A program made the translations under genes and the position numbers. Shown piece after piece: positions 12,611-24,232 of a DNA stretch of 64,000 bases. A model generated the notes under the pieces. The model saw only the letters and a program-made list of their open reading frames with translations, was not told where the DNA came from and made no database searches. How positions within the stretch are numbered: position 1 is the stretch's first letter; every line of letters starts with the position of its first letter. The stretch spans positions 62,001-126,000 of the forward strand of contig JBDOQK010000068.1 of assembly GCA_040437565.1 (NCBI GenBank), in the 5' to 3' direction. The stretch comes from Albugo candida (Eukaryota).

Positions 12611-15600
12611 TTAGCTCGTTCTTTGCACAATTGCGTCATTACCGCCGGAAATCTTGATGTACTTTTCATTTGTCACTGTTCGGCTCATTGTCATTGCAAC
12701 ATCGCCAACCTTTTCGGTCAAATCAACCTCGAAGCGCCTCAATCCTTGCTCGAATAAATCGTTTTGTGTGTGCGTACTCAACCTGGTCTCGTGGGATAAG
12801 CGACCACTTTCGACAAATGAGGACAATGGAGTCCCGGTCATGGAGCTTCGTGCAAGGGATTCGTCAACCATAGATCCATATGAATCAACACTTTCCGACG
12901 AGGAAGCAGAGTTCCCAGATCGTCCGCCTCGATCTTCTGCGACTTCTGGCAATTCAGCAGGAAGCTCCAGAGCTCCGACATCCGAATGCTCGCTTATTTG
13001 CTCGTGTGGCAGCAATTCATCGACCAGGTCATTTACTTCCACAAGTGCATCAGGATTCTCGCAGTAGTATGTAAAGTCTTTAAAGGCTGGATCCTGGACC
13101 GGTAGAGTCGCCGACTTGGTCCCACTTCGACTGGATACCAGACTCGATAAGAAGCCTCCACGTAATTTGGATTTTTCAGTTGGCGACTGCACCTCACGAT
13201 TTACGTCTAGCTCGGTGAATTCGGCGTCGACATACTTCACGTCCAGTGGTGAAGCCTACACGATAATCATTCAGTCCATTAGAGTGGTCGGCGATTATCA
13301 GCATACCAGATCCGGTTTCCAAGGCGGTGTAAGCCTCTTCTGAAGCAGCAGATCCCAATCAATATCGGCAAAGTATGGATGATGCACTATATCGCTAATG
13401 CAACTTCCGAGGCGTTTGAGCGGATCTTTCTGCAAAAACTACGCAGAAACAAGATGAATTCACGCCAGCAACGAAGACGAGAAGCATACTTTCGAGAGAA
13501 TGTCGCAAAGATCATCAGAGAGAACCGGATGTCTCGGGAATGTAAGTTCCTCGTGCTGAATGCGATCATACATTTTTTCCACATTGCTGTGGTAAAATGG
13601 CGAGACACCGACGCTCATCTCGAATAAGAGGACACCCAAACTCCACCAGTCGGCTGCAGTGCCATATGATCGCGTCGCTTTTGGCAAAAGCAGCTCTGGA
13701 GCGGTGTATTGTGGTGATCCTGCCATCGTATTAGCTCCTTTATACTGGGAAACNNNNNNNNNNNNNNNNNNNNNNNNNNNNNNNNNNNNNNNNNNNNNNN
13801 NNNNNNNNNNNNNNNNNNNNNNNNNNNNNNNNNNNNNNNNNNNNNNNNNNNNNATAATCATTCAGTCCATTAGAGTGGTCGGCGATTATCAGCATACCAG
13901 ATCCGGTTTCCAAGGCGGTGTAAGCCTCTTCTGAAGCAGCAGATCCCAATCAATATCGGCAAAGTATGGATGATGCACTATATCGCTAATGCAACTTCCG
14001 AGGCGTTTGAGCGGATCTTTCTGCAAAAACTACGCAGAAACAAGATGAATTCACGCCAGCAACGAAGACGAGAAGCATACTTTCGAGAGAATGTCGCAAA
14101 GATCATCAGAGAGAACCGGATGTCTCGGGAATGTAAGTTCCTCGTGCTGAATGCGATCATACATTTTTTCCACATTGCTGTGGTAAAATGGCGAGACACC
14201 GACGCTCATCTCGAATAAGAGGACACCCAAACTCCACCAGTCGGCTGCAGTGCCATATGATCGCGTCGCTTTTGGCAAAAGCAGCTCTGGAGCGGTGTAT
14301 TGTGGTGATCCTGCCATCGTATTAGCTCCTTTATACTGGGAAACATGCAATTTAGCAAGTCCAAAATCCACCAACGCAATGTGTCCATCGCCGTCAATCA
14401 TCACATTCTCCGGTTTGATATCGCTAACACAATATCAAAACATCACACTCGCTCTTCCTTTCAGCAAACTGACAAACCGATAGAGGATACTGTGTTGATG
14501 CAAATGATGGATACCAAGCACAAGTTCGGCGGTATAAAAATGTGCTCGTTCCGGCGACAACCGGCAGTCTTCCGCGTTGCTCAAATGATGGAACAAATCA
14601 CCTCCACCATAGTAATTCATACCGAAAAACAGCTTCGTACAGCTCTGAAAGGCGATACGTAGCCCAGCGACAAATGGATGATGGATGTTTTGAGCCACAC
14701 GCATTTCTGTAAACGAGCTTTCGATGTCATATTTGGTCATTTTACTTTTTTCCAAGATCTTTATGGCGTAAATCTGCCCGTCACTTTTTTTGACCGCGTT
14801 CACCACCTACAAGCATTTTCAGCAAATTCCCATTCAATATCAAGTGCAAGCATACTGTGCCGAATCCGCCTTTGCCGATGACATTGTACACTGTAAAGTC
14901 TTTGAGGGATACGCTCAATGAGCGATTGGATCGAATGGCTGCAGTTGACACGACCGGGTACGGATTCTTACACTCAAGACGCTGCCAATCGCCAGTCACC
15001 GATTGAAGGTCCGCTTCGATGTGGAGTCGAATGATGCTTCCGGTCGGGCCATACTGCACGCGATGAATGAATTTCTCCGACACAATCTCACCAGAGTATC
15101 GATGGCGAAATTTTTCCGTTCCTGAAATGGTGAATTCCTGGCGATCTTCCACCATACAAACGTCTTCAACATTCATGTCCAGAGTATCCATGTTTTCCAA
15201 AAAGATTCCTAGAAAGTGACACAAGCCTTCACGTCCAAAATAATCGCCGCGAAGTTTGGATGGTTTGGGATACATGCATGTGAAAACGAGATCTACCATG
15301 ATCGCGTTAGTTCAGGCATATGGTGCATCCGCATTTCAAACCTTTGTTGAAATAAGCAATCAGTTCTGTGACGAGTGTCATGTTCCCTTGAAGAAATCGA
15401 AGCAACAGCTGATATGCCATTTTGGTTTCACGATTCATAACGACATCATGACGTAAATTAGGTCCAACGCTTCTTCCTGCTCTCATATTGGCACACTCGA
15501 CGCCAGTCTACAGACCCGATTGAGATCCTATTGACCGCAACAGCAGCACTTCTCACCTCCAGCAAATGGACCCATAACAATTGCGACAATTTGGTCGGCA

Positions 15601-16270
15601 CACTGCAATGAAACACTTTGCTTTCAGCGGTCTCAAACGAAAAATCAAAGCCATTTCCGAGCTTGGAGATTGTTTCCATGCGTACAGATACTACTTTTAC
15701 TCGTCCTTTGAGATGGACGCGCTGTTGGGCATCCCCTTTGCTCTCATAGTCTTAATGGATACACAGGTCAGAATTTGATCAGTCAGCGCAATGAGACGTA
15801 CATGACACGCGATTTCCTTCCAGTGTGAAAAATCGCATCTTCCAATTACGCACCAAATGGCCGCGCTTGATGACGTATCCTTCCCATTCAACCGCAGGAA
15901 GATCGAGTGACTCAATTGTTTGGTCTTCGGCTATGAGCGAAAATGTGGTATCCGAAGTATAGTTTTGACTTTCTTCCGTTGGGATGGATCTGTCAGAAAA
16001 GTTTGTCAATTGGTTTTGAACATCAAATTTCATTTTGTACTCGAGGGAGATGACAGTGTCGCGTCGACGATGAGATTGGTCTGAAGGAGAGTTTGAAAAT
16101 GTACGGGAAGGATCTGCGGCGTCAACGGAAGGAGCGCGCTTTGATTTGGTCATTGTGCTGGATGTTAATGATGTACAACTTCGTATTCGTCGTATCAATT
16201 GATCATTGGACTTCAAATTCGATCGATATCCGCATTGAGATTCTCCGCTTCGACTGAGCTCTGCACCCAT
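12611..16270 (-). CDS. AGC-family (PKB/Akt-like) Ser/Thr kinase with PH domain, multi-exon; includes an artefactual duplicated segment at gap 13754-13853
   Basis: PH start WEGYVIKRGHLVRNWKMRFFTL; IGKGGFG, YAIK, YRDIKPEN, DFG, APE, DWWSLG; hydrophobic motif FKDFTY; MGAELS myristoylation-type start. Confidence 0.88.
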
Positions 16271-17240
16271 TGCGATTTCGAGGTTGCTCGTACTTTACAG
16301 GGGTAAGACAGTTCGTAAGGCTTTTATTAAAAGATAGATTGACCGGTCTTTGGAACCGCGATAGACAAAAGTATAGTAAAGCAGCTTATGGAAGCGAGAA
16401 CAGGAACGCAGTGACGGGTAAAAAGCAGCGTACGGAAGGGACGGTGATGTAGACACACGAAAAACCTGTATAGTGCTATTGTGTGAATGCATGTGGCATA
16501 TGGTCTTGTCAACAGCGATTAAATGTTGTCGTAATGCTAAAATTATCTTAAAGCAGAGTCAGTCGGNNNNNNNNNNNNNNNNNNNNNNNNNNNNNNNNNN
16601 NNNNNNNNNNNNNNNNNNNNNNNNNNNNNNNNNNNNNNNNNNNNNNNNNNNNNNNNNNNNNNNNNNGATGTACAACTTCGTATTCGTCGTATCAATTGAT
16701 CATTGGACTTCAAATTCGATCGATATCCGCATTGAGATTCTCCGCTTCGACTGAGCTCTGCACCCATTGCGATTTCGAGGTTGCTCGTACTTTACAGGGG
16801 TAAGACAGTTCGTAAGGCTTTTATTAAAAGATAGATTGACCGGTCTTTGGAACCGCGATAGACAAAAGTATAGTAAAGCAGCTTATGGAAGCGAGAACAG
16901 GAACGCAGTGACGGGTAAAAAGCAGCGTACGGAAGGGACGGTGATGTAGACACACGAAAAACCTGTATAGTGCTATTGTGTGAATGCATGTGGCATATGG
17001 TCTTGTCAACAGCGATTAAATGTTGTCGTAATGCTAAAATTATCTTAAAGCAGAGTCAGTCGGATCTTGCCGTTCGTTTTTGTTGGAAAGTCGCCCTTCC
17101 ACGCAAAGACGTCTATATATATAACCTTCTCTCAACACATGGCTTTCTTGCTTCCTGTCACTTTTTCTTCTCTGCGAATTCATACTATGCCTCTTTGTCT
17201 CAGTCGAACCATTGTATCGCGTGTCCAAAAGATACATCGA

Positions 17241-19466
17241 ATGCCAGCACCAAGTAGACAGTAATAGCTAATGTAATCTCGCGCACCCAACACATTTCAA
17301 TGAGTTACGAAAAGCGCTTTAATGCATCATGCACAATGTCATTATTTCAGCCAGTGTCATTGCGTATTTGGTACGTAGTGTCATTGGTGGTAAAGCAAAC
17401 AAACACAAGTGATTCGTTAAAAAGACGCTTGACTAGTGGTCAATTTTTACAGCCAATTACTGTATCTCACATAAACTTTGGAACGCTTCGGCATTCATAG
17501 TAATATAATCCATAAGCTCAGCGAGACTCAATCGCGCGTGTCGTGTTCAAGGGTTCCGACTTGAGCTGAATAAAGAGTTGACGCATTCGAGCACACTGAT
17601 CTTCCGCTCCACGCTTTCTTTCCGGTTTCAAGGGAGAATTTTGTGAGCCATTTTTAACCTTTTTCCCACCAGTCTTACTCGCTTCCTTCAACGTTTCCGA
17701 GCGGTTGCGTGGGTCCAATTCGATCAGACTCACAACGCGTTCCCACGGATTGGGACTATCCAAGTCTGCAGCCAACTTTTCCAAAGCTGCTTCCTCATGT
17801 GCTCGATTCGCTGCTTGCCGTGCATTCCTCCTCGCCACCCCATCCCTCTGAAACTTTTCATAAGCGTTCTGTGCGGCTTCTTTCCATTCTCGATCCAGTC
17901 GCTCCTGCTCCTTGCCCTTTGCTGCAATTTTTTCTTCCCATTCTCGCTGGAATTTTCTGCAAATAAACTCAGAAACTCAGATGATCAACACTCCTTTTCT
18001 TACGTCAAGTCATCTTCCTGTTCGGGACTTATGTCGCTCAATGTATTGAATGAAGTATCTTCTTTGAGACTCTCAGGCTCTTTCTCCACTTGTGATTCGC
18101 TCTCTTGTCCAAAAGAAGGCGCGTCAAAGCGCTCCGACGAGTCTTCTCCCAAATTGGTTGGGTCATCGAACCCGTCTAAAGGATATTGCGCTCTGTAGAA
18201 AGACACCAACGTCAAATATGCTTCCAATATCTCCTTCACCGTACGTACGCTTCCGATGGCACCATCGAGTGCTCATAGCTCTCGAAATCTGCATCTTGAT
18301 CCTNNNNNNNNNNNNNNNNNNNNNNNNNNNNNNNNNNNNNNNNNNNNNNNNNNNNNNNNNNNNNNNNNNNNNNNNNNNNNNNNNNNNNNNNNNNNNNNNN
18401 NNNATGCCAGCACCAAGTAGACAGTAATAGCTAATGTAATCTCGCGCACCCAACACATTTCAATGAGTTACGAAAAGCGCTTTAATGCATCATGCACAAT
18501 GTCATTATTTCAGCCAGTGTCATTGCGTATTTGGTACGTAGTGTCATTGGTGGTAAAGCAAACAAACACAAGTGATTCGTTAAAAAGACGCTTGACTAGT
18601 GGTCAATTTTTACAGCCAATTACTGTATCTCACATAAACTTTGGAACGCTTCGGCATTCATAGTAATATAATCCATAAGCTCAGCGAGACTCAATCGCGC
18701 GTGTCGTGTTCAAGGGTTCCGACTTGAGCTGAATAAAGAGTTGACGCATTCGAGCACACTGATCTTCCGCTCCACGCTTTCTTTCCGGTTTCAAGGGAGA
18801 ATTTTGTGAGCCATTTTTAACCTTTTTCCCACCAGTCTTACTCGCTTCCTTCAACGTTTCCGAGCGGTTGCGTGGGTCCAATTCGATCAGACTCACAACG
18901 CGTTCCCACGGATTGGGACTATCCAAGTCTGCAGCCAACTTTTCCAAAGCTGCTTCCTCATGTGCTCGATTCGCTGCTTGCCGTGCATTCCTCCTCGCCA
19001 CCCCATCCCTCTGAAACTTTTCATAAGCGTTCTGTGCGGCTTCTTTCCATTCTCGATCCAGTCGCTCCTGCTCCTTGCCCTTTGCTGCAATTTTTTCTTC
19101 CCATTCTCGCTGGAATTTTCTGCAAATAAACTCAGAAACTCAGATGATCAACACTCCTTTTCTTACGTCAAGTCATCTTCCTGTTCGGGACTTATGTCGC
19201 TCAATGTATTGAATGAAGTATCTTCTTTGAGACTCTCAGGCTCTTTCTCCACTTGTGATTCGCTCTCTTGTCCAAAAGAAGGCGCGTCAAAGCGCTCCGA
19301 CGAGTCTTCTCCCAAATTGGTTGGGTCATCGAACCCGTCTAAAGGATATTGCGCTCTGTAGAAAGACACCAACGTCAAATATGCTTCCAATATCTCCTTC
19401 ACCGTACGTACGCTTCCGATGGCACCATCGAGTGCTCATAGCTCTCGAAATCTGCATCTTGATCCT
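17241..19466. repeat. Direct duplication of about 1.06 kb flanking gap 18304-18403 (assembly overlap)
   Basis: 17241-18303 recurs at 18404-19466; the ORF track gives identical translations for both copies. Confidence 0.85.
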
Positions 19467-19488
19467 CGGCGAAAGGATCCATTTCCAT
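18681..19488 (-). CDS. CLC: Clathrin light chain, 3 exons (partial overlap copy at 17518-18303)
   Basis: MDPFAE acidic N-terminus, charged coiled coil, NPWERVVSLIE and RMRQLFIQLK C-terminal signature. Confidence 0.8.
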
Positions 19489-19542
19489 CGGTGCGTTTGC
19501 GTCGTTTCAAGTGATACTGATTTAAATATAAAATATGTGCGA

Positions 19543-20637
19543 CTACTCTATTTCATCATTATCTGCATCATTTTGAGTGGATTTTTCTACCAACGACCAA
19601 AGGGAAGGCGTCGTTTTACGATACTGAAGTAACACTGGATACATTGTCTCAATGGCTTGATCCAAATGACTAGCGTCCTGATGGAAGAGAAGGCGTGAGA
19701 GCTTTTGTTGATGCAAACAAGTCGAAAAGGTACCCTTGCGCCACAAAATACAATTTTGCCCGATACAAAAATGAGCATTGTTAATTTGGGCTCTGCGAGC
19801 CGATAGATGAGTCCTGGGAACAGCTCGGGCTCATACTACCTTAAACAGCGAGTTGAGTGGGTTATAATGAAAGAAGCAAATGACATACGCTGCAAAATCG
19901 GGCATGATCATTCAATATGCCTTCCAATCGGATGGAAAAATGAACATCTGAAGTTCCCATCACATTTCGCACCCGAAAATCTTCAAATCGAGCTGGAAAA
20001 TTGAGTTTCTAGAGAAAGAGAAAGCTAGCATACAAAAATGAAGTGTGATAGTCGATGGTCTGACCTGAATGACTCGAGTGAATTTTCGCCCAGCAAGTCG
20101 ACAATATTCCTCGCTTCTTGCACCTGTCACGATGATCTGAAGGCACGTAAGAGTCAGATGGATCATTCATACGTCATTGTATGTTTCATGAACCTTTCCA
20201 GAGCTGAAAATCAGTGCAGTCGTCTTGGGGTCACGGAGACGCATCACAACAGCGCCGAATCGCTACAGAAGGACAAATAATGATGTGAAGACAGCACGAA
20301 ATCGTATGATTCAGACCTTGGGGTTGTATTCGGCATTACGAGCGTGCAATGCAATGGTCTTTAGCTCCAACCGCGTTTTGAGGTCGATGGAGCCGACCAC
20401 GTTCCTAAAGCGATAGTAAGTGAAGCACGCTCTAGAATAAGGTATTCCGTACATGACTTTGATTTGAACATTGTATTTCGAGGCGAATATGTGTGTCAGT
20501 TTCGCTGCATCCTGTGTCGTTTCACTAGTCAAAGCTTCATTGCTACTGGCCGTATTAGAGCAATCTGTCACTCCATTCACGTCTTGCGTATCGGACGCGT
20601 CATTGCTATTGCTTTCCTCACTGCTTGTGGTCACCAT
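19543..20637 (-). CDS. TBP: TATA-binding protein, 7 exons
   Basis: [63 protein letters not shown]; all introns GT-AG. Confidence 0.93.
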
Positions 20638-20795
20638 AATGAATGTTAATGTTCGGATTGGTNNNNNNNNNNNNNNNNNNNNNNNNNNNNNNNNNNNNNN
20701 NNNNNNNNNNNNNNNNNNNNNNNNNNNNNNNNNNNNNNNNNNNNNNNNNNNNNNNNNNNNNNGCTTTTCGGTCAGGAGACCCCAAAAAGCAAGAA

Positions 20796-22649
20796 ATGTC
20801 GCTAATATCTAGCACATTTTGCGCCATTGTGTTCGTCGCTGCGCTTTTTCCATCCGCAAATTTGGAAATCATCGAAGAACATGTCGAGCCGAGCGGTACA
20901 TCGTCACCGAAATCACTAATATCGCTTTATTTCCCAGTTCGCATCGACTCTCATCCCGTCGTGCTACCTTTGAAACCACACATAAGCGCCTCTGAGCAAC
21001 TGCAAACGTTTTGTGACTTACATAATGTTCATTCAAAAGATTGCGCAATGCAATTAAGAGATTCCTTTTCTCAATATGTCGATCTCACGCGTTGGTGTCG
21101 CCCCAATCGCTTCACTTCCGTCCCGTTTCCCGCTGTTTTGCAGCTCCAAAATAACGCGTTGCTGCAGTATGAGTGGAAATCAAATGATTGGAACGCAGCC
21201 ACAATCGAATTATGTAAATATATGGAAAGTGAGCAAAATGAGAAAAAAGAATTTGTGAGCGATTGCGTCTCCGTTTTCGAAAAGGTTTTCTTATCGACCG
21301 CAGAAACCGTACGTCAGCTTGAAATTTGCCAACAAAAGCGGAGGAATGATATAATGGATGAATCGATCCATTTTGCGCCGATTAATATCGATTTGGTACC
21401 GGAAGAAGCCATTGAGGAGGAAGCAGACTCTGAAATCAATGAAGAAGATATACTGGATGAAAGCATTCAGTTCGTACCGATCAGGTACCCGGAGGAATCA
21501 AAAGCATTCCCAGTGAAAGCCATTGAGGGAGCCAATAAAATTGATGACAAAGCCTCTAAAGAGTCAACAGCTGAGATTGGCAGCGACATCCACTTTGTTC
21601 CTATACTTTATCCCGAAGAAGCCTACGATAGTCGAACTATTGAAGAAGAAATACCGACAGTGTTTGATGCAGGTACTTTCACATGAAAGGAGTACGTTTG
21701 TAGAAACTAATGCTTCTTGACAGAGCATTTGGACGAGTCGATTGTCTTCCAGCCGATTGTGTTCCCGCGTGATTCTTCCTTGGATTCAACCATTGACTTC
21801 ATTCCAATACCGAGTCATCAATTTTACGATCATGAAAGTAATGTTTCATACCCGACAAAGTCGCGCTTACTCAACTGGAGGATAGCACAAAGGATTAGAT
21901 CGATGCTGAGTTTCTTATCCGTGCTAGCAGTTGCGTGTGTGATCTCGTATTTCATTTGGGGGCACGTAAAAACATCACGCGATCTCTCGAAGAAGGCTTT
22001 GGCATCAATACAAGCGGGGTCTTTGGCTAAAGCATGGAACTGGATAAAAATCGCTGTATCCCGAAATGAAGCTAAGACGCAGATAGGAAAGACGCCAAAC
22101 GTTCCTAACATTGAGGAACCAGTTTCAACGCACCTCCGCCAAGATCTCTTCCCGATTCTTCAGCGCTGTGCATCGACCGGTATCATTGAGCAGAGTCACA
22201 TGCATGGAATGCCACAACGTCCTTTGCAATTCTCAGTGGCTGCATACACGCTATCGTTGGGAAGGGATAATCCTCGCCTTCCGTCCAGGCGAGCCCTCCA
22301 ATCACGATGGATCTCTCAGCTTTCGACAGCTCCTGTTGATATCTCGGCTCTTGACACAGCCATCCGAACGTTACCTCTGCAAAAATCATACTCACTTTTG
22401 CGGTTGCAACGCATATGGAAATCGAAGCGAATATCAGCAGGCGGTCATCGACAACGATCCCATTCGTTTTCCGTAATGGAACAACAGAGTAAGGCCTCCA
22501 GTAAAGTAGATAAGAGTGACACGACCGGCCGTACGGAGCATTCTTCCATCATTCAACGACAGAATTGGAGTCGTCGTCAGTCTTGTTTATCACAGCTGGC
22601 CGGACAAGATCGGAGTTTGGATGGAAACAGGCTCTCTTCTGCCGCGTAG
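20796..22649 (+). CDS. Uncharacterised type-I membrane protein (signal peptide, acidic repeats, one TM), 2 exons
   Basis: MSLISSTFCAIVFVAALFPSA signal-like start; GT-AG intron near 21673-21723 joins two long ORFs; TM MLSFLSVLAVACVISYFIW. Confidence 0.65.
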
Positions 22650-22769
22650 AGTGAACTACTGGTAATACGTGTGAGGTGATCAGAATTTAATGCTAATATT
22701 TTCCGCTTGACGGATTTTCTTCTTCAAACTTCATTTCTGTAGTCTGGAAATATTCGTGTCTATCGAAAT

Positions 22770-23081
22770 TTACGGAGAAGATACAGAAGCGAGTTTCAAG
22801 TAGTTCATAAGAGTTCTCTTCATCAGACTATTGCGATCGTAATTTTTCCACTTGAAATTACGAATCCTTTTAGCATCTAAGCGTACCCCTTGGGGCTCGT
22901 CACGCCAGAGCAGATACCGAAGATAATGCGAACGCTTTTCCGAGACGCATGCGGAAGATTGAGTAAAGGCAGATCTGCGTGAGCTCAATTCAGGCACATG
23001 ACTATCCGTATGCACATACTGGCTAATAGTGTTGCTGAAAAAGATTTCTATCCACATATAAGGCATCAAGACGGCTTTCAT
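22770..23081 (-). CDS. Possible small protein (103 aa) starting inside the left arm of the inverted repeat
   Basis: ATG-started ORF with weakly hydrophobic N-terminus; no recognisable family. Confidence 0.25.
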   Translation of the reverse strand: MKAVLMPYMWIEIFFSNTISQYVHTDSHVPELSSRRSAFTQSSACVSEKRSHYLRYLLWRDEPQGVRLDAKRIRNFKWKNYDRNSLMKRTLMNYLKLASVSSP

Positions 23082-23840
23082 TAGTACGTCGAGCTACTCT
23101 CAGGACTGGATCGCGACTTGTCAAATCATTTCGCATTCATATGGATGAATTCTTCCGCCTCCGACCATCCTACACCCTATTTATTGCGCGTGTTTGCTAC
23201 TTTTGACGTAACGTTACTGGTTTCGATCATGGTCACTATAAATCTGATTTTTATGCTCAGAGAGATACTATAGTCGATATGAAGTTGTAGACCCCATTCT
23301 AGCGTTGTACTATTCTAGTAAGACCTCCTCCGTATTAGTCACGAACGTTATTCGAGATGGAAAAGTTGAATACGTGTTCCGCAATACATTCAGTTAAAGG
23401 TGTATCTCTTATTCAAAGAAGATGAAATGACTTCTTTGAAGGCCAGGGCTACCATAAAGGTGTGTTTTATACAGTACTTGGTGCATATAAAAGGCCACGT
23501 GGTCCCTTACTTGAAGTTGAGGAGCGATCTTCCAGAACGGCATACTGTTCGAAAGCTCCATATCCTAAAGTAGAACAAGGCCAGAACGGGTTTCACATCA
23601 CTATAGCGATTATAACAGTCTCTTTGACACTAGGGAACAGATGTGTAGTGACCATCATCGAACCAGTAACGTTATGTCAAAAGTCGCTGATACGCGCACT
23701 AAATATGGTGTAGATCACGGAAATGGTCGGAGGCGTAAGAGTTCATCCATATGAAATGCGAAATGATTTGACAAGTCGCGATCCAGTCCTGATAGTAGCT
23801 TGACGTACTAATGGATGTCGTCTTGATCTCTTAGATATGT
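23054..23840. repeat. Long imperfect inverted repeat; arms about 23054-23318 and 23565-23840
   Basis: 38-bp perfect core: 23100-23137 is the reverse complement of 23755-23792; similarity continues on both sides with mismatches and small indels. Confidence 0.9.
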
Positions 23841-24232
23841 CTACTTCCCGTTTTCTCGAGCAGAAGAGACTTTCACTCCATGTTTTTCGTGGTAAAGCGT
23901 TATCGACGCAAAATGACTCGGTATAGCGTAAGCGCCGATCGAGATGATTGCAGACTTCTTGCGTCCGGACACCTTGGCGTGGTCTTGTCTATGACAAGCG
24001 ACCGGAGTAATGTAGAGATGAATCTGAATCACGCTGACAGCTTCATAAAATAAACGGAAGAGAACACCGCAAGGAAAAAGAGTCTAATTGACCGTGAATA
24101 TCTTTCCTGTATGTTTTGTCGGCAATGAAAGTGGGACGTATTCAGTATTCAAAATAAAAATGACAAATCAAATCTTGTGAGCAACATCGACTTCTTGTTA
24201 ATTTCGCCAAGGCGGGCAAGTTCAATCGAGCA

